Shown here piece by piece: positions 41,443 to 52,691 of a stretch of DNA of 64,000 nucleotides (positions within the stretch are counted from its first letter, which is position 1; every line of letters starts with the position of its first letter). The translations under genes and the position numbers were made by a program. The DNA lies in the NCBI RefSeq assembly GCF_964204645.1, contig NC_134032.1:5258275-5322274 (forward strand). The letters are read 5' to 3'. The notes beneath the pieces are model-generated. The model was not told where the DNA came from, did not search any database, and saw nothing but the letters and a program-made list of their open reading frames with translations. The stretch comes from Tubulanus polymorphus. Lineage: Eukaryota > Animalia > Nemertea.

Positions 41443-41904
41443 AGTAATAGGGGTAATGGGCTTTCATACCAAAGGTCGAACGGTCGAGCCCATTAAAAAA
41501 CAAAACATTAAAAGTAATTAAAAACTATAATATATTTTCATAACCGCGTGCATTTTATATTAAAACTAAATATTTATTCTAAGATATCAATAATTTAAAA
41601 AGCATATTGTAAATAAATCAATTGGTCGCTCCGCTTCGCTCCGCTCCGCTCCGCGACCAATTGATTTATTTACAATACACAAATTCATATAATCAAATAT
41701 ATTCAAATAATAATAATTATTCTATTATTCAACTGAAATGCACGCGGTTATGAAAATATATTATAGTTTTAAATTACTTTTAATATTTGTTTTTAATGAA
41801 CTCGACCATTCAACCTTTGATATGAAAGCCCATTACCCCTATTACTCTTAAAATATTCATATAAATGAATAACATTTAAATCATTGAACTTCTAAAATCA
41901 ATTT
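41443..41904 (+). repeat. Left TIR of copy F; 41443-41846 is a self-complementary hairpin
   Basis: Reverse complement of 57888-58335; starts AGTAATAGGGGTAATGGGCTTTCATA, and TATGAAAGCCCATTACCCCTATTACT ends at 41846. Confidence 0.95.
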
Positions 41905-41926
41905 AGTAAAAAAATATGTATAATAA

Positions 41927-42580
41927 ATGGAACCAGAACAACCACAAACTATCAATATTACAAATAACACTGGTGTCATAAATATATACTACAAGAAATG
42001 TTCTAAATGTGAATTAGATAAATTAGCTTTAACAGAATTGAGTAAGCGTAAGATTAGCAAAGATGGTTTTCAATATTGCTGTAAAACTTGTTTTAAACTA
42101 TATACCAAACAATACCGAGAAGATAATATAGAACATTTTAATTATTATATGGCAGAATATATGAGAGAAAGATATCAAACAGATCTTAATTTTAGATTAA
42201 AACAATGCTTAAGATCTAGATTAACACAATTATTCAACAAAGAAACACATTCAGAAACACTATCTAATTTATTGGGTTGTACAAATGAATTTCTCAAATC
42301 ATGGATAATATATCAATTCGACGATAAAATGAATATAGATAATTATGGTGAATACTTTCATATTGATCATGTGTTGCCGATTTCTAAATTTAACATGAAT
42401 GATGAATACAATAAAAAACTTATTTGGGGTTGGAGAAATTTAAGGCCTCTTGAAAAGAAAGAAAACATAATTAAATCTAATAAACTAGATATACAGTTAT
42501 ATTTAGATCAACTGGATAAAGCAAAGACATTTGTTGAATTATGGAACTCACCACATAATGAAAAATACGTTGAATGTTAA
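41927..42580 (+). CDS. HNH endonuclease with N-terminal CxxC zinc motifs, NCLDV-like
   Basis: KKCSKC...CCKTC; LRSRL...LLGC...FDDKMN..NYGEYFHIDHVLP...NLRPL...N. Confidence 0.85.
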   Translation: MEPEQPQTINITNNTGVINIYYKKCSKCELDKLALTELSKRKISKDGFQYCCKTCFKLYTKQYREDNIEHFNYYMAEYMRERYQTDLNFRLKQCLRSRLTQLFNKETHSETLSNLLGCTNEFLKSWIIYQFDDKMNIDNYGEYFHIDHVLPISKFNMNDEYNKKLIWGWRNLRPLEKKENIIKSNKLDIQLYLDQLDKAKTFVELWNSPHNEKYVEC

Positions 42581-43539
42581 ACGCTTAGAAAACCGGTTTC
42601 TCTCGATCTATGTCAAACCGCCTGTATGTAATTGTATTAGGTTGTTTACAAAAGACATCTGTGCCGTATTTCATATTCAGTTGAATAGGGCGCACCTCAT
42701 TTGAATATTGATCGAACGTGCTATTTCAGTTGAAAAGGATTAATCAATTATATTACAAAAGAAGGAACATCTGTTGCACCAGACGGTGTTTAGCTAGTGA
42801 ATAACTACCAGTTATAAACGCGCAGCACATAAGCATAGGAACGTATTGGATATTCTCTCTTAAAACACGGTTTACAGTTCTAAATCTAAATGTAAGTAAA
42901 TATATTATGAAGTAGGGAAACCTTTAAACATATTTAAGTACAGTAATTCATTTTCACGACATCTTTTAGATTAAAATGGAATACAAAGATGAACCAGAAA
43001 TTCTAAGCCAACCATCGGAAAAGGAACTAATGCTGCTGGATAGTGAAACACAGGAATCAATAGAAATGGAGGATGAAACTCTCGTAACACACTGAAGGTC
43101 TTTAAGATATCAAAAAATGTAATCTCGATTGTATATATCTGTTTTAATATTGTATTGATTACTGTTAACTGTGTATTGCGCAATAACCGGTCCGATTGAA
43201 CCGCTTTTCTATTGTTCTCCATTGTTCTATTATTGATCGTTGTTAATGGCGGCGGTTGCTCAATATTGATTGGTTACAGTTCTATGTTTGAATGTTGTAG
43301 TTAACAGAATAAAAATATAACTGTGTATTGCGCAATAACCGGTCCGATTGGACCGCATTTCTATTGTTCTCCATTGTTCTATTATCGATCGCTAAAATTT
43401 GTATAATAAATATATCTGTTTATGAAATAATATTTCCACCAGTCGTTTCTTTGAATTTATTTTCAGTTGAGGATTTGATATCGAGTATCCGAAATGACTT
43501 ATCTGAACAGTTATAATTACTGCTCCTAATAGATAGACA
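42575..43539. mobile_element. ~0.96-kb foreign insertion inside copy F (unclassified, possibly LTR-derived)
   Basis: Absent from the homologous HNH-downstream region of copy D (33400-33500); higher GC; internal ~73-bp direct repeat (about 43167-43239 and 43318-43391); TG...CA edges but no TSD. Confidence 0.6.
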
Positions 43540-43801
43540 ATAGTAGTCAGATATCAAATAGAATTTAAATAAAATATAATAAAAAAACAATAACTTCAAC
43601 TAGCTAGTGAATTCTATTATATTTTTAATACTTTCTTTTCAAAAAGAGAATACTTTATATTTTGAATAGATTCAAATAGAAAATCTTTAAATTCAAATAG
43701 CTAGTATCAGTAGTCAATACTAGAGTTCTTTAACTTTAACTATCTAGTATCATTTGAAGAATACTTATAATATTTTTTTTTGCTTTTTTCCTCTAATATA
43801 A

Positions 43802-44264
43802 ATGTCAAAGAAATCGAGTAAGAATAATATTGATATTGAAAAGACATTAGATGATTTAGGTATAAGTGATAATAAAGATACAGTTGTTTCTAATTCTATT
43901 CAAGTTAATAACAATATAGATTATGAATACTATTTATATTGTAAGCATCATCTAGAACTATTGATTGCCGGTGGAAAAACTAAAGAGTTTTTAAATAGAA
44001 TCATTACTTATCAAGAACTAGATGCTATGAAACCCGATAAAGTAATAAAATATTTTAAGATTTATGAAGAAGCTAGATTAGCTAGAATAAATGATTCTAT
44101 TTCAGATGGTATTGTCAAATGTTATTCTAAGTTATGTAACCAGTTAATACCAATTGATGATGAAAATAAATTATATAGTGATTTGATAATAAACCTTTCA
44201 TACCAGAAAATAAGTCAAATCATAAAGTCATTGAAAGTAAATCTAAATTATTATTAATGGATTA
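43802..44264 (+). pseudogene. Conserved Polinton hypothetical gene fused by deletion to the tail of the next small membrane-protein gene
   Basis: 5' part matches 32643-33200; after about 44184 an alternative frame reads DNKPFIPENKSN...LLLMD, the C-terminus of the 114-aa ORF at 32306-32650. Confidence 0.8.
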
Positions 44265-44271
44265 AAATAAG

Positions 44272-45353
44272 ATGAAAAAAGAACAATATTTAAGAGATTT
44301 ATATTATAACCCAGAAAGTGAAGTATCATATTCTAACGTTTCAGAATTATGGAATAAAATTAAATCTGATAATAGTGATTTAAAATATGGTGAATTGAAA
44401 TCATGGTTACAAAATCAACCAACATATCAAATCCACAAGAAAATGGATAAAACTTATTTAACAAGAAAAGTTATGGTTCCATATATCGATCAACAATGGC
44501 AAGCAGATTTAATTGACATGAAGAACTTAGAAGAATACAACAAAGGATATTTCTGGATACTGAATGTTATAGACATATTCAGTCGATACGCATGGTCAAT
44601 TCCAATCAAAAATAAAACTGGAATAGAAGTGACAAATGCTTTTAAATCTATATTTAAAGAAGCTATTCCAGATAAGATACAATTTGATGAAGGTAAGGAA
44701 TTTTATAACAAACATTTCAAAAAACTATTATCTGATAACGATGTAAAATATTTTTCAACACACTCAGATAAAAAAGCATCTATTGTAGAAAGATTTAATA
44801 AAACATTGAAAACTAGAATGTGGAAATATCTTACTGCTAATGAAACATACAAATATATCGATGTGTTAGATGATTTGGTGAAAGGTTATAATAATTCTAA
44901 ACATAGTTCTATAAATATGAAACCTATACAAGCTAGAAAAGAAGATAATTCGGAAATAATTTGGAATAATTTATATGGAGCGTTTGTTACACATGATTTC
45001 GGCGAACCTAGATTCAAAATTGGACAACATGTTAGAATATCTAAATATAGAAAAACATTTTATAAAGGTTATACTCCAAATTTTACTGAAGAAATATTCA
45101 AGATTAAAAAGATAATATTAACTAAACCTTTTGTTTATAAATTAGAAGATTTAATAGATGAAGAAATATTAGGTTATTTCTATGAACAAGAATTATCACT
45201 TGTACCAAACCCAGATGAAATAGAATACAAAATAGAAAAAGTATTGAAAAAACTCTTAAAGGAAAAAAGTATTCTTTGGTGAAATATAAAGGATATGATG
45301 ATAAATTTAATGAATGGATTTTATCTAGTAAAATTAAAAGAATAAATGAATAA
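44272..45353 (+). CDS. Retroviral-like DDE integrase; chromodomain-like C-terminus displaced by a frameshift near 45250
   Basis: QWQADL, QFDEGKEF, ASIVERFNKT triad; YKIEKVL / KYSLVKYKGYDDKFNEWI split across two frames. Confidence 0.93.
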
Positions 45354-45957
45354 AGATTTATTTATATTTGAACCGCATAATATGTTAATAACTGGAGTAA
45401 CCAATTGTGGTAAAACACATTTCATATTAGACTTGTTAGAAACTATTTATAAGAATCATTTTGATAATATAATATTATTTTGTCCTACTTATGAAATGAA
45501 TAAAACATATAATAGAGATATAGTTAAGATGAAAAAGTTTATTATATTAGATCCTAAAACAGTAAAAGAAAATTTGAATAATTGTATAAAAATAGAAATT
45601 GATACTTATAAAGGATCAAATACATTATTCATTATAGATGATTGCGCAAATTTACATGATTCAAAAGTGAGAGAAAGTGAGTTATGTTATTTAGCTTTCT
45701 CCGGGAGACATTTTGGGATAACAACTTGGGTTTTAAATCAAAAATATAATTCAATTGTTAAAGACTTTAGAGAAAACATTAGATTTCTAGTTTTATTTTA
45801 TAACAAAGATAAAAAATCTATGCAACAATCATTGGAAGAAAATCAAATTATACCTACTGAATTACATGATGAATATATGAATAAATTAAAGAATAATAAA
45901 GGTCCAAAATTATTACTGAGACTACAATTTCCCTATGAATATAAATTTATAAAATAA
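45346..45957 (+). CDS. A32/FtsK-like DNA packaging ATPase
   Basis: Walker A GVTNCGKT, Walker B LFIIDD, A32-type GRH..I.TW.L.Q motif. Confidence 0.93.
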   Translation: MNKDLFIFEPHNMLITGVTNCGKTHFILDLLETIYKNHFDNIILFCPTYEMNKTYNRDIVKMKKFIILDPKTVKENLNNCIKIEIDTYKGSNTLFIIDDCANLHDSKVRESELCYLAFSGRHFGITTWVLNQKYNSIVKDFRENIRFLVLFYNKDKKSMQQSLEENQIIPTELHDEYMNKLKNNKGPKLLLRLQFPYEYKFIK

Positions 45958-45979
45958 CTATTTATATATCTATGTATTA

Positions 45980-46060
45980 GAAACCCTAATACCTGGTACC
46001 CCATTAGATACCCTAATACCTGATACCCTAATACCTGATACCATACCTGATACCTTAAAT
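45980..46060. repeat. Short ATACC(C/T)-rich tandem repeat between convergent gene blocks
   Basis: ATACCCTAATACCTG reiterated, followed by CCCCCTTTTTT. Confidence 0.7.
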
Positions 46061-46116
46061 ACTTAAAACCCCCTTTTTTATTTACTATTATTTTATACAA
46101 TTTTCAACCTTTATTA

Positions 46117-46953
46117 TTATTTGATTGTTAGATAATTAATTTCTGAATCACTTTCACTATCAGACCCTAACAATTTATTCAAATGCTCTACTGTATCTTC
46201 ATAAATAATTGGTTTATTGATATACTTATTAGGCATCTCAACTATATCTTTATTTTCTGATTTATGTTTCATAGAATCTTTATTATCAAAGTTATCATTA
46301 TTTTCTACTTTATGTTTCATAGAATCTTTATTAGTGTTTGCTCCTAATATTTCATTTACAGTGTTTGATTCTAATATTTCATTAGCATCGGTTAGATCTA
46401 ATTCATCTTTATTAGGTGTTGCTAATAATAAATCTTTATATAATTCTTTACCATTTACTTTTTGATTTGAAACAAATTTTGTAACATATCTAAATGGGTG
46501 TTCTATAAATTCTTTTAAACCAACACGTTCTATTACATTAGTAATATGTGAATTTGTATTCATATGTTTATTCCAATTTGATGGAGCGTTTGAAAATTCA
46601 CCTTTACAATAATTACAATAATTTCTATTTTTACTAACATTTAATATTATTGCATTATTATACGTAGAAGGTATTACATTATTAGATGTAGTAGGTATTA
46701 CATTATTAGATGTAGTAGGTATTACTGTAGTAGGTATTACTGTAGTAGGTATTACATTATTATCAATTACATTACTTAAATTATCAACAACACCACTTTT
46801 ATTATTATCGATTTCTATTAGTTTAGTTTTATAAATTTTGAAAATAGGATCAAATATCAAAGCTATATTACAAGGTATTACATAATATAAACCATCATTA
46901 TTTTCATGTGTATCGATGTATGGAATATGTTTATATACTTTACCTCCTTCCAT
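46117..46953 (-). CDS. Zinc-finger protein with internal peptide repeats
   Basis: CNYC-x12-H-x5-H finger; VIPTT repeats; DNKDSMKHK-type duplicate; acidic tail. Confidence 0.7.
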   Translation of the reverse strand: MEGGKVYKHIPYIDTHENNDGLYYVIPCNIALIFDPIFKIYKTKLIEIDNNKSGVVDNLSNVIDNNVIPTTVIPTTVIPTTSNNVIPTTSNNVIPSTYNNAIILNVSKNRNYCNYCKGEFSNAPSNWNKHMNTNSHITNVIERVGLKEFIEHPFRYVTKFVSNQKVNGKELYKDLLLATPNKDELDLTDANEILESNTVNEILGANTNKDSMKHKVENNDNFDNKDSMKHKSENKDIVEMPNKYINKPIIYEDTVEHLNKLLGSDSESDSEINYLTIK

Positions 46954-46985
46954 TTATTATATATATTTTTATTAAAGTTAAAATT

Positions 46986-48233
46986 TTAATACATAACACT
47001 ATCTAATTGTGAATTTACAATATTTAATTGCGCGTCAGATATAATATAAATGTGCATTTTAAAATTTTTGATTCCTTTATTCTTTGTCATGAATAATTGT
47101 ATTCCATCTTTAGTGTTTTGTAGTTTTTTTCCAGAACCATGTAATGAATTATCCTCTGTTGTTCTAAAATCTAACCATAATGCATATTTATTGCCGGTAT
47201 AATAATCAATTTGATTAATGTTACAATTTTCAGATGATTTTACTTTTTCATTCATAAAATGTTTTCTAATTTCTGGCCATTGATCAATCATTCTCATTCC
47301 TTGACAAAATATTTTATTTGCTATTCCTTCGATAGTTATTTCTACTTTTGTTATTTCAGGATTATAATAATTATCAACATTTATTGCGCCATTAGTATAT
47401 GTTGCAATGGTAAAAAATATTAATATACCTTTAATAGATCTTCTTAAAAAGTTAATATTCTCATTAATTATTTCATCATTTGCATTAATAGTTACGGTTT
47501 TAAATTTATCAATATAATCATATAATAATGAAAATCCTTGATTGTACTTAGTTTGAATTATACTTGAAATATTTTCATCAGTTACTGTATCATATTCTAA
47601 ACATATATTCGATAATTTATAACTCATATCTTTATTAACGCTAGATAATACAATTTCATTTACAGGAGCAAATGTTATTTCGAATATAATATCTTCTTGA
47701 ATTGCGTATTTATATAAAGGTGCATTATTATTTATCAATTCAAAGTCTAATGGAATTTTATATTTGCTTCCATATATACTTTTTATCAATTTATCTACAG
47801 CATTAGTTAATATTGCGCTATTAGCTTCTGATCTTAATTTATTTTGGTTTTCTGATTGGATGCCTTGAAATATCATATTATTTCTATTTTCTTTAGTTAA
47901 CCATAAATCTTTATAATGCATAAATAAATTATAATCATCTAATGAGAAAACTGTTTCCGGACCAATCTTTATTGTTAACTTTTTAATCAAATATCTTCCA
48001 ACATTATCAACAACATAATTATTATTATTACCGATTACTTTTATATCGGCCGATAAATAAATACTATTTGGAACATAAAAAGTATTTTGTGTTAATCGAG
48101 GAATTCTAACGTATAAAGTTTCATCGGGATTAATATTTGAAGGGTTATGAGTAATTATACGATGTGATCTTTCTGCTTTAATAGCATTAGATATTCTATG
48201 ATTCTTAGAAGGATTGATATAACTCCCACTCAT
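46986..48233 (-). CDS. Major capsid protein (double jelly-roll, predicted)
   Basis: Intact 415-aa beta-rich ORF; PSNINPDETLYVRIP, IKKLTIKIG, YKIPL, LSNICLEYD, YALWLDF resemble Polinton MCP; size and context fit. Confidence 0.8.
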   Translation of the reverse strand: MSGSYINPSKNHRISNAIKAERSHRIITHNPSNINPDETLYVRIPRLTQNTFYVPNSIYLSADIKVIGNNNNYVVDNVGRYLIKKLTIKIGPETVFSLDDYNLFMHYKDLWLTKENRNNMIFQGIQSENQNKLRSEANSAILTNAVDKLIKSIYGSKYKIPLDFELINNNAPLYKYAIQEDIIFEITFAPVNEIVLSSVNKDMSYKLSNICLEYDTVTDENISSIIQTKYNQGFSLLYDYIDKFKTVTINANDEIINENINFLRRSIKGILIFFTIATYTNGAINVDNYYNPEITKVEITIEGIANKIFCQGMRMIDQWPEIRKHFMNEKVKSSENCNINQIDYYTGNKYALWLDFRTTEDNSLHGSGKKLQNTKDGIQLFMTKNKGIKNFKMHIYIISDAQLNIVNSQLDSVMY

Positions 48234-48257
48234 TTATTTAACAAAAAAATTGATTAT

Positions 48258-49736
48258 TAATTTTTAATCATGGTTACTTGATATCTTTTGATACCATATT
48301 TACTAACCCAAAAATAATAGCACTTACAACTGTAATTAAAAATAAAATAATATGTTCAGCAGCAAAGTTAATAATGTTTCCTGCAGATTTCAATATAAAA
48401 CCAAAAATTGATGCAATAATTCCTGGCAATGCTGCAGCAGATTTTTTAGATAGTTCCCATAAATATTTTGCTAATTTCTTTAAACCATCTTTAACTTTAT
48501 CTTGTATAGAATTATTATCATTCGGGGTTTATCCGGTTTATTGGGAGTAGGAGTAGATTTCAAAGAATTTGATATTGCTAAACAAATTGTTGTAAATAAC
48601 ATAGTTACAGCTGTTAGAATTGAAAGAATTGTTATTCCTTCTAATTTAAAAAATAACTTTATTCTATCTTTTAATGATATTCCAGAATTTGGTTTTATTA
48701 GATATCTTTTAAAAACATCTTTTAATCTTTTAAAATTATTACCAAATTCTTTTAATAATATATCTCTTTCACCTTTTTGTACTTCTAAACTATCTTTTAA
48801 ATTATCAATTTCTTTTTCTAAACGTAATTCTTTTTGTCTATACTCTATTTCATCAATTACTTGTCGTTCTAAATCAGACTTTAGTTGTTCTATTTCTTCA
48901 TTTGCATTAGTTAATTCTTTTTCCAAATACATAATTTTTTGATCTCTTATACTTTTATTATGTGCAATTTTATCAGCTTCATTTCTTATACTTATAATTT
49001 CTCTAATTGCTTCATCAGAAAATATATTTAAATCTTCTAATTGTTGATCTGTTGCATCAAGTAATCCATTCGGTAAAAGTTTTTCAGTTTGAACTTCGTT
49101 TGATTTAATTTTACTAGTTTTGGAAGTTTTATTCTGTTCAGAAGTTGTTTCTGTTTTTGAATTATTTTTGATTGTTTCAAATAATTCATTAATTCTTTGT
49201 TTAAATACTCTTTCATTTTTAATAATTTCTTCTTGTGTTACATTTTCTATTTCATTACTATTTCTTATTCTTTTAATTCTAGATAGGTCTAACTTAAGCA
49301 AAGTTGATTCTTTTAATATTTTGTGTTGTTTTTTATAAGAGATATCAATATAATAATCACCAGTCAAATGATAATAATATTCACCATCTAAAAATTCTAA
49401 ATTTTGTGCTAAAATTCTGGCGTCTCTAAAATTTATATTATATTCAGATCTTTCAAATATATGTTGTAATCTAAGCGCTTGGTTTATATTTTCTAAATCT
49501 TGTCTTATTAAATATGGATTTTCATTTTCAGGATTTATTCTCGATCTAGTTCTTCTATCAAATTCATCTGTTGATGGGACTTTAGAACCACTATCTGCTA
49601 AATTAGAATTATATGTTGTATCATTATCATTATCAATATTAGTATCAGCAGTCATATAATCATCATTGTTAGTATTGGCATCATCATTATTTCCCATGTT
49701 TTCCATTTCATAATCTTCTCCACCTTCTACATCCAT
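48258..49736 (-). pseudogene. Acidic/coiled-coil protein with C-terminal membrane segments, frameshifted near 48525
   Basis: 418-aa ORF; the hydrophobic tail (AAALPG.IASI.GFILK...) continues in another frame and is in frame in copy B (18898-19323). Confidence 0.75.
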
Positions 49737-49752
49737 TTACATAATAAAAAAA

Positions 49753-51176
49753 TTAAAATTTAAAATATAATATTCCTCCGATTACAATTCCTATACAAGT
49801 TATAGCTAATTTAGTATTTTCATGGGATTTATTATCATCATTTAATTATATCATGTTGAATAATATCAGTTTTTATATTTTCTGATGTATTATAATCTTT
49901 TATTTTAGAATCATTATTTAATTTAATATTCTTAGTTTAAGTTTCTGTTGATTGAATGTGTTTTTTATTTTTTTCACCTTCCATTAATTTTGGAGCAGTA
50001 ATAATCTTTTTATTTATATCATTCAATCCAAATGAATTATTTATTGTTGCAGTTTTAATAAGATTATTATAACCAATTATGTTCCCCATCTTTAATACTA
50101 AATCATTAGAAATACTTAATAGATTAGGGCCTATACAATAATTAAGCCTTACATGAGATTTATCTAAATAATTTTGATATCTTATAATGTTTTCTGGAAT
50201 CGATCTATTTTTATCATTATGAATTGAATCTTCAAATAAAACTTTAAATTGTTTTTGTGTATCGAATGATGTATTCAAATTTCCAAATATCGGTGATCTT
50301 GTTTCAACTTGTGATCCTAGAATACAAATCAAATAAGTTCTAATAGATTGATTTATTCTTTCTATACCTGATTTAGTAAAACCATCACTATTTTCTAAAA
50401 TAAAATAAACCCAACCATTATTGTTTTCTTGTTTTAAATGATCATAAAATTTCGGTAATTTATTGAAATTTAATGTTTCTAAATCCTTTGTTTCTATTTT
50501 ACCATAACCTAATTTATTATTATAGATATTATAAAAACTATTAGATGGTATGGGAAGTGCACAATATTCTGCAACCTTTTTAGGGCAAGGAAGTGATCTT
50601 ATTGTTCCAATTTTTGTTCTAAAATCAGAATTATTTATATCTATATCAAATTCATTACAAATTTTATAAAACTTTGATAAATTAATATTATTATCTAATT
50701 CTTTAATCGATCCTGGTAAAGCACACTCCTGATAAAGCATATATATATAGATATAGATCCTGGTAAAGCACACTCTAATTCATTTAATATTATTCTGATT
50801 TGAAAGTATGTATGAAATCTAAATAAACTTTGAATTAGTTTATATTTAGAATTATTCAAATGATCATTCCAACTTATTCCACATCCTGTTGTTGAACAAT
50901 AAACAGCAAAATTTAATTGATTCTGCCAATACTTCATATTAGATTTTAATAACCATTGTTTTTCATCTTTCAATTTTTTAAAATTAATTAAATATACATG
51001 AAATATATTTTCCATCTTTGCATTAAAATAATTAGTTTCAGTAACATAAATTTCTAAATTAGTTAATGAATCTAAAACTTGATTCTATATGTTATATCTT
51101 TATTAAAATCTATTGCTGAAATATTATATTTAATTGATTTATTATATTGGAAAGCTTTTGGAAAACTATCTGCCAT
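49753..51176 (-). pseudogene. ~460-aa conserved Polinton protein with C-terminal transmembrane anchor, disrupted
   Basis: Pieces 50695-51015 and 49937-50773 join (WQNQLNFAVYCSTTGCG; INQSIRTYLICILGSQ); tail LAITCIGIVIGGILYF; homolog at 16644-17948. Confidence 0.78.
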
Positions 51177-51192
51177 TTATATAATTAAAAAA

Positions 51193-51627
51193 TCAATAAT
51201 TAACTAATTCTTTTAATAATTTATCTTGTTCTTCAACTGTTATATGACCATTTAAACTTATGATATAATCTAGTGTGTTCTTTAATTTATTAATTTCTTT
51301 TATATTAGTTTTAATTTTTTCTTTATTACTTTTTATATTTAATTTTGAACTTATACCGGTTAAAACACTTGAACTTAATCCTAACACACCAATTGATATA
51401 GCTAAAGGTGTTAATGGGCTGAATATTGCTAGAAATGTTATTACAGAACTAATTGTAACCGAACCACTTATAATCAAATAATATATAATTTTACTTTTTA
51501 GATATTTTTTCTTTTTTATCTTTAAGTCACTTTCAAATTCTAATATTTGTTTTTCTAAATATGTTTTTAATTTAGTTTTATTTATATCATGAGGAATAAT
51601 ATCAATACTATCAACTTTATCTTCCAT
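51193..51627 (-). CDS. Two-helix membrane protein
   Basis: IIYYLIISGSVTISSVITFLAIF and LAISIGVLGLSSSVL; homologs in copies B and D. Confidence 0.75.
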   Translation of the reverse strand: MEDKVDSIDIIPHDINKTKLKTYLEKQILEFESDLKIKKKKYLKSKIIYYLIISGSVTISSVITFLAIFSPLTPLAISIGVLGLSSSVLTGISSKLNIKSNKEKIKTNIKEINKLKNTLDYIISLNGHITVEEQDKLLKELVNY

Positions 51628-51646
51628 TTATTTAGCAAAAAAATAA

Positions 51647-52069
51647 TTAATTAGTAAACTTATAAGCAACAAATATAACAATAACAGTTCCGCCTAAAAT
51701 CCAAATTATTTCATATTTCTTCTGTTCATTACTTGGGGTATAATAATCTGACAATTTAGGTTTGTATAGATGTAATTTTTCTTTATTGGTTACCGCGTTA
51801 TATAAACTCATTGCATCATCAACTGATTGAAAATCTCTATGTGAAATCTTCTGATCATATAATTCTTTATTGATGTAATCCATATAGTTTTGTCGTTTTT
51901 CTGTATATTCTTCTGCAGCTTTATTATATTTCTCTAACGCTAAGTTATGCCTTCTTTGTTCTCCTAATGAACTATTTTTATCAATATGTTTAAATAAATA
52001 ACCGCCACCAGTAAATGCTAAAGCGTTAACAATTGCCGATCCTATAATAGTTATAATTGCAGAAGCCAT
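51647..52069 (-). CDS. Small protein with N- and C-terminal hydrophobic helices
   Basis: MASAIITIIGSAIVNALAFTGGG...; IIWILGGTVIVIFVAY; conserved across copies. Confidence 0.75.
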   Translation of the reverse strand: MASAIITIIGSAIVNALAFTGGGYLFKHIDKNSSLGEQRRHNLALEKYNKAAEEYTEKRQNYMDYINKELYDQKISHRDFQSVDDAMSLYNAVTNKEKLHLYKPKLSDYYTPSNEQKKYEIIWILGGTVIVIFVAYKFTN

Positions 52070-52093
52070 TTATTTAACAAAAAAATTATGCAT

Positions 52094-52315
52094 TTATATG
52101 GGAGGAATATATTTTTGTTTTTCCAAATAATCAATAGTTAAATTAGATAAAGTAACTGCTAATGTTAATTTTAAAATATCATTTATATCAAATCTATCAA
52201 CATTAACACTTCCCATCTTGAATACTTTTTTTAATACCATTGAATAACCAACAGTTCCAACTGATAGTAATGCGCCATTATATAATCCAGTTATTATCCA
52301 CTTATTATCACTCAT
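52094..52315 (-). CDS. 73-aa hydrophobic protein
   Basis: Nearly identical intact ORF at 29542-29763. Confidence 0.75.
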   Translation of the reverse strand: MSDNKWIITGLYNGALLSVGTVGYSMVLKKVFKMGSVNVDRFDINDILKLTLAVTLSNLTIDYLEKQKYIPPI

Positions 52316-52675
52316 TTATTTATCAAAAAAATTACTATCATCAAAATATTTAGTTATCTTAGTGATGATTATTTCAACATTTATTTCATTACTAGTTTTA
52401 TGATTATCATATATTTCAATTATTATTTTTTTAATATCATCGATGATAAAATCTTCATCTAATTCATAAAATCTTAAAGATTCTCTAATTAAATTAGTAA
52501 TCTTTTCTACATTTAAAGTTTCTTTATCTATTGTTGTTTCATACTCAAATGTTGTTTCATTATAAAATGCAATATTTTTGATATGTGTAATTACATAATT
52601 AACGTTAAATTTCATTTCTTTCTCATGTTTAAAATCAAACCCAAAACATATACTCGGTCCAACAGTTATATTCAT
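52316..52675 (-). CDS. 119-aa hypothetical Polinton protein
   Basis: Open homologs at 15683-16024 and 29182-29541. Confidence 0.75.
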   Translation of the reverse strand: MNITVGPSICFGFDFKHEKEMKFNVNYVITHIKNIAFYNETTFEYETTIDKETLNVEKITNLIRESLRFYELDEDFIIDDIKKIIIEIYDNHKTSNEINVEIIITKITKYFDDSNFFDK

Positions 52676-52691
52676 TTATATAATGAAAAAA

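Noticed and set aside
42575-43539. Solo LTR or captured cargo gene in copy F
   Set aside because: No TSD and no credible ORF; kept only as an unclassified insertion.
48278-49338. Plus-strand ORFs opposite Polinton genes (also 46217, 51275, 54318, and minus-strand 18864)
   Set aside because: Antisense shadows of real genes, with no motifs or TAAATG starts.
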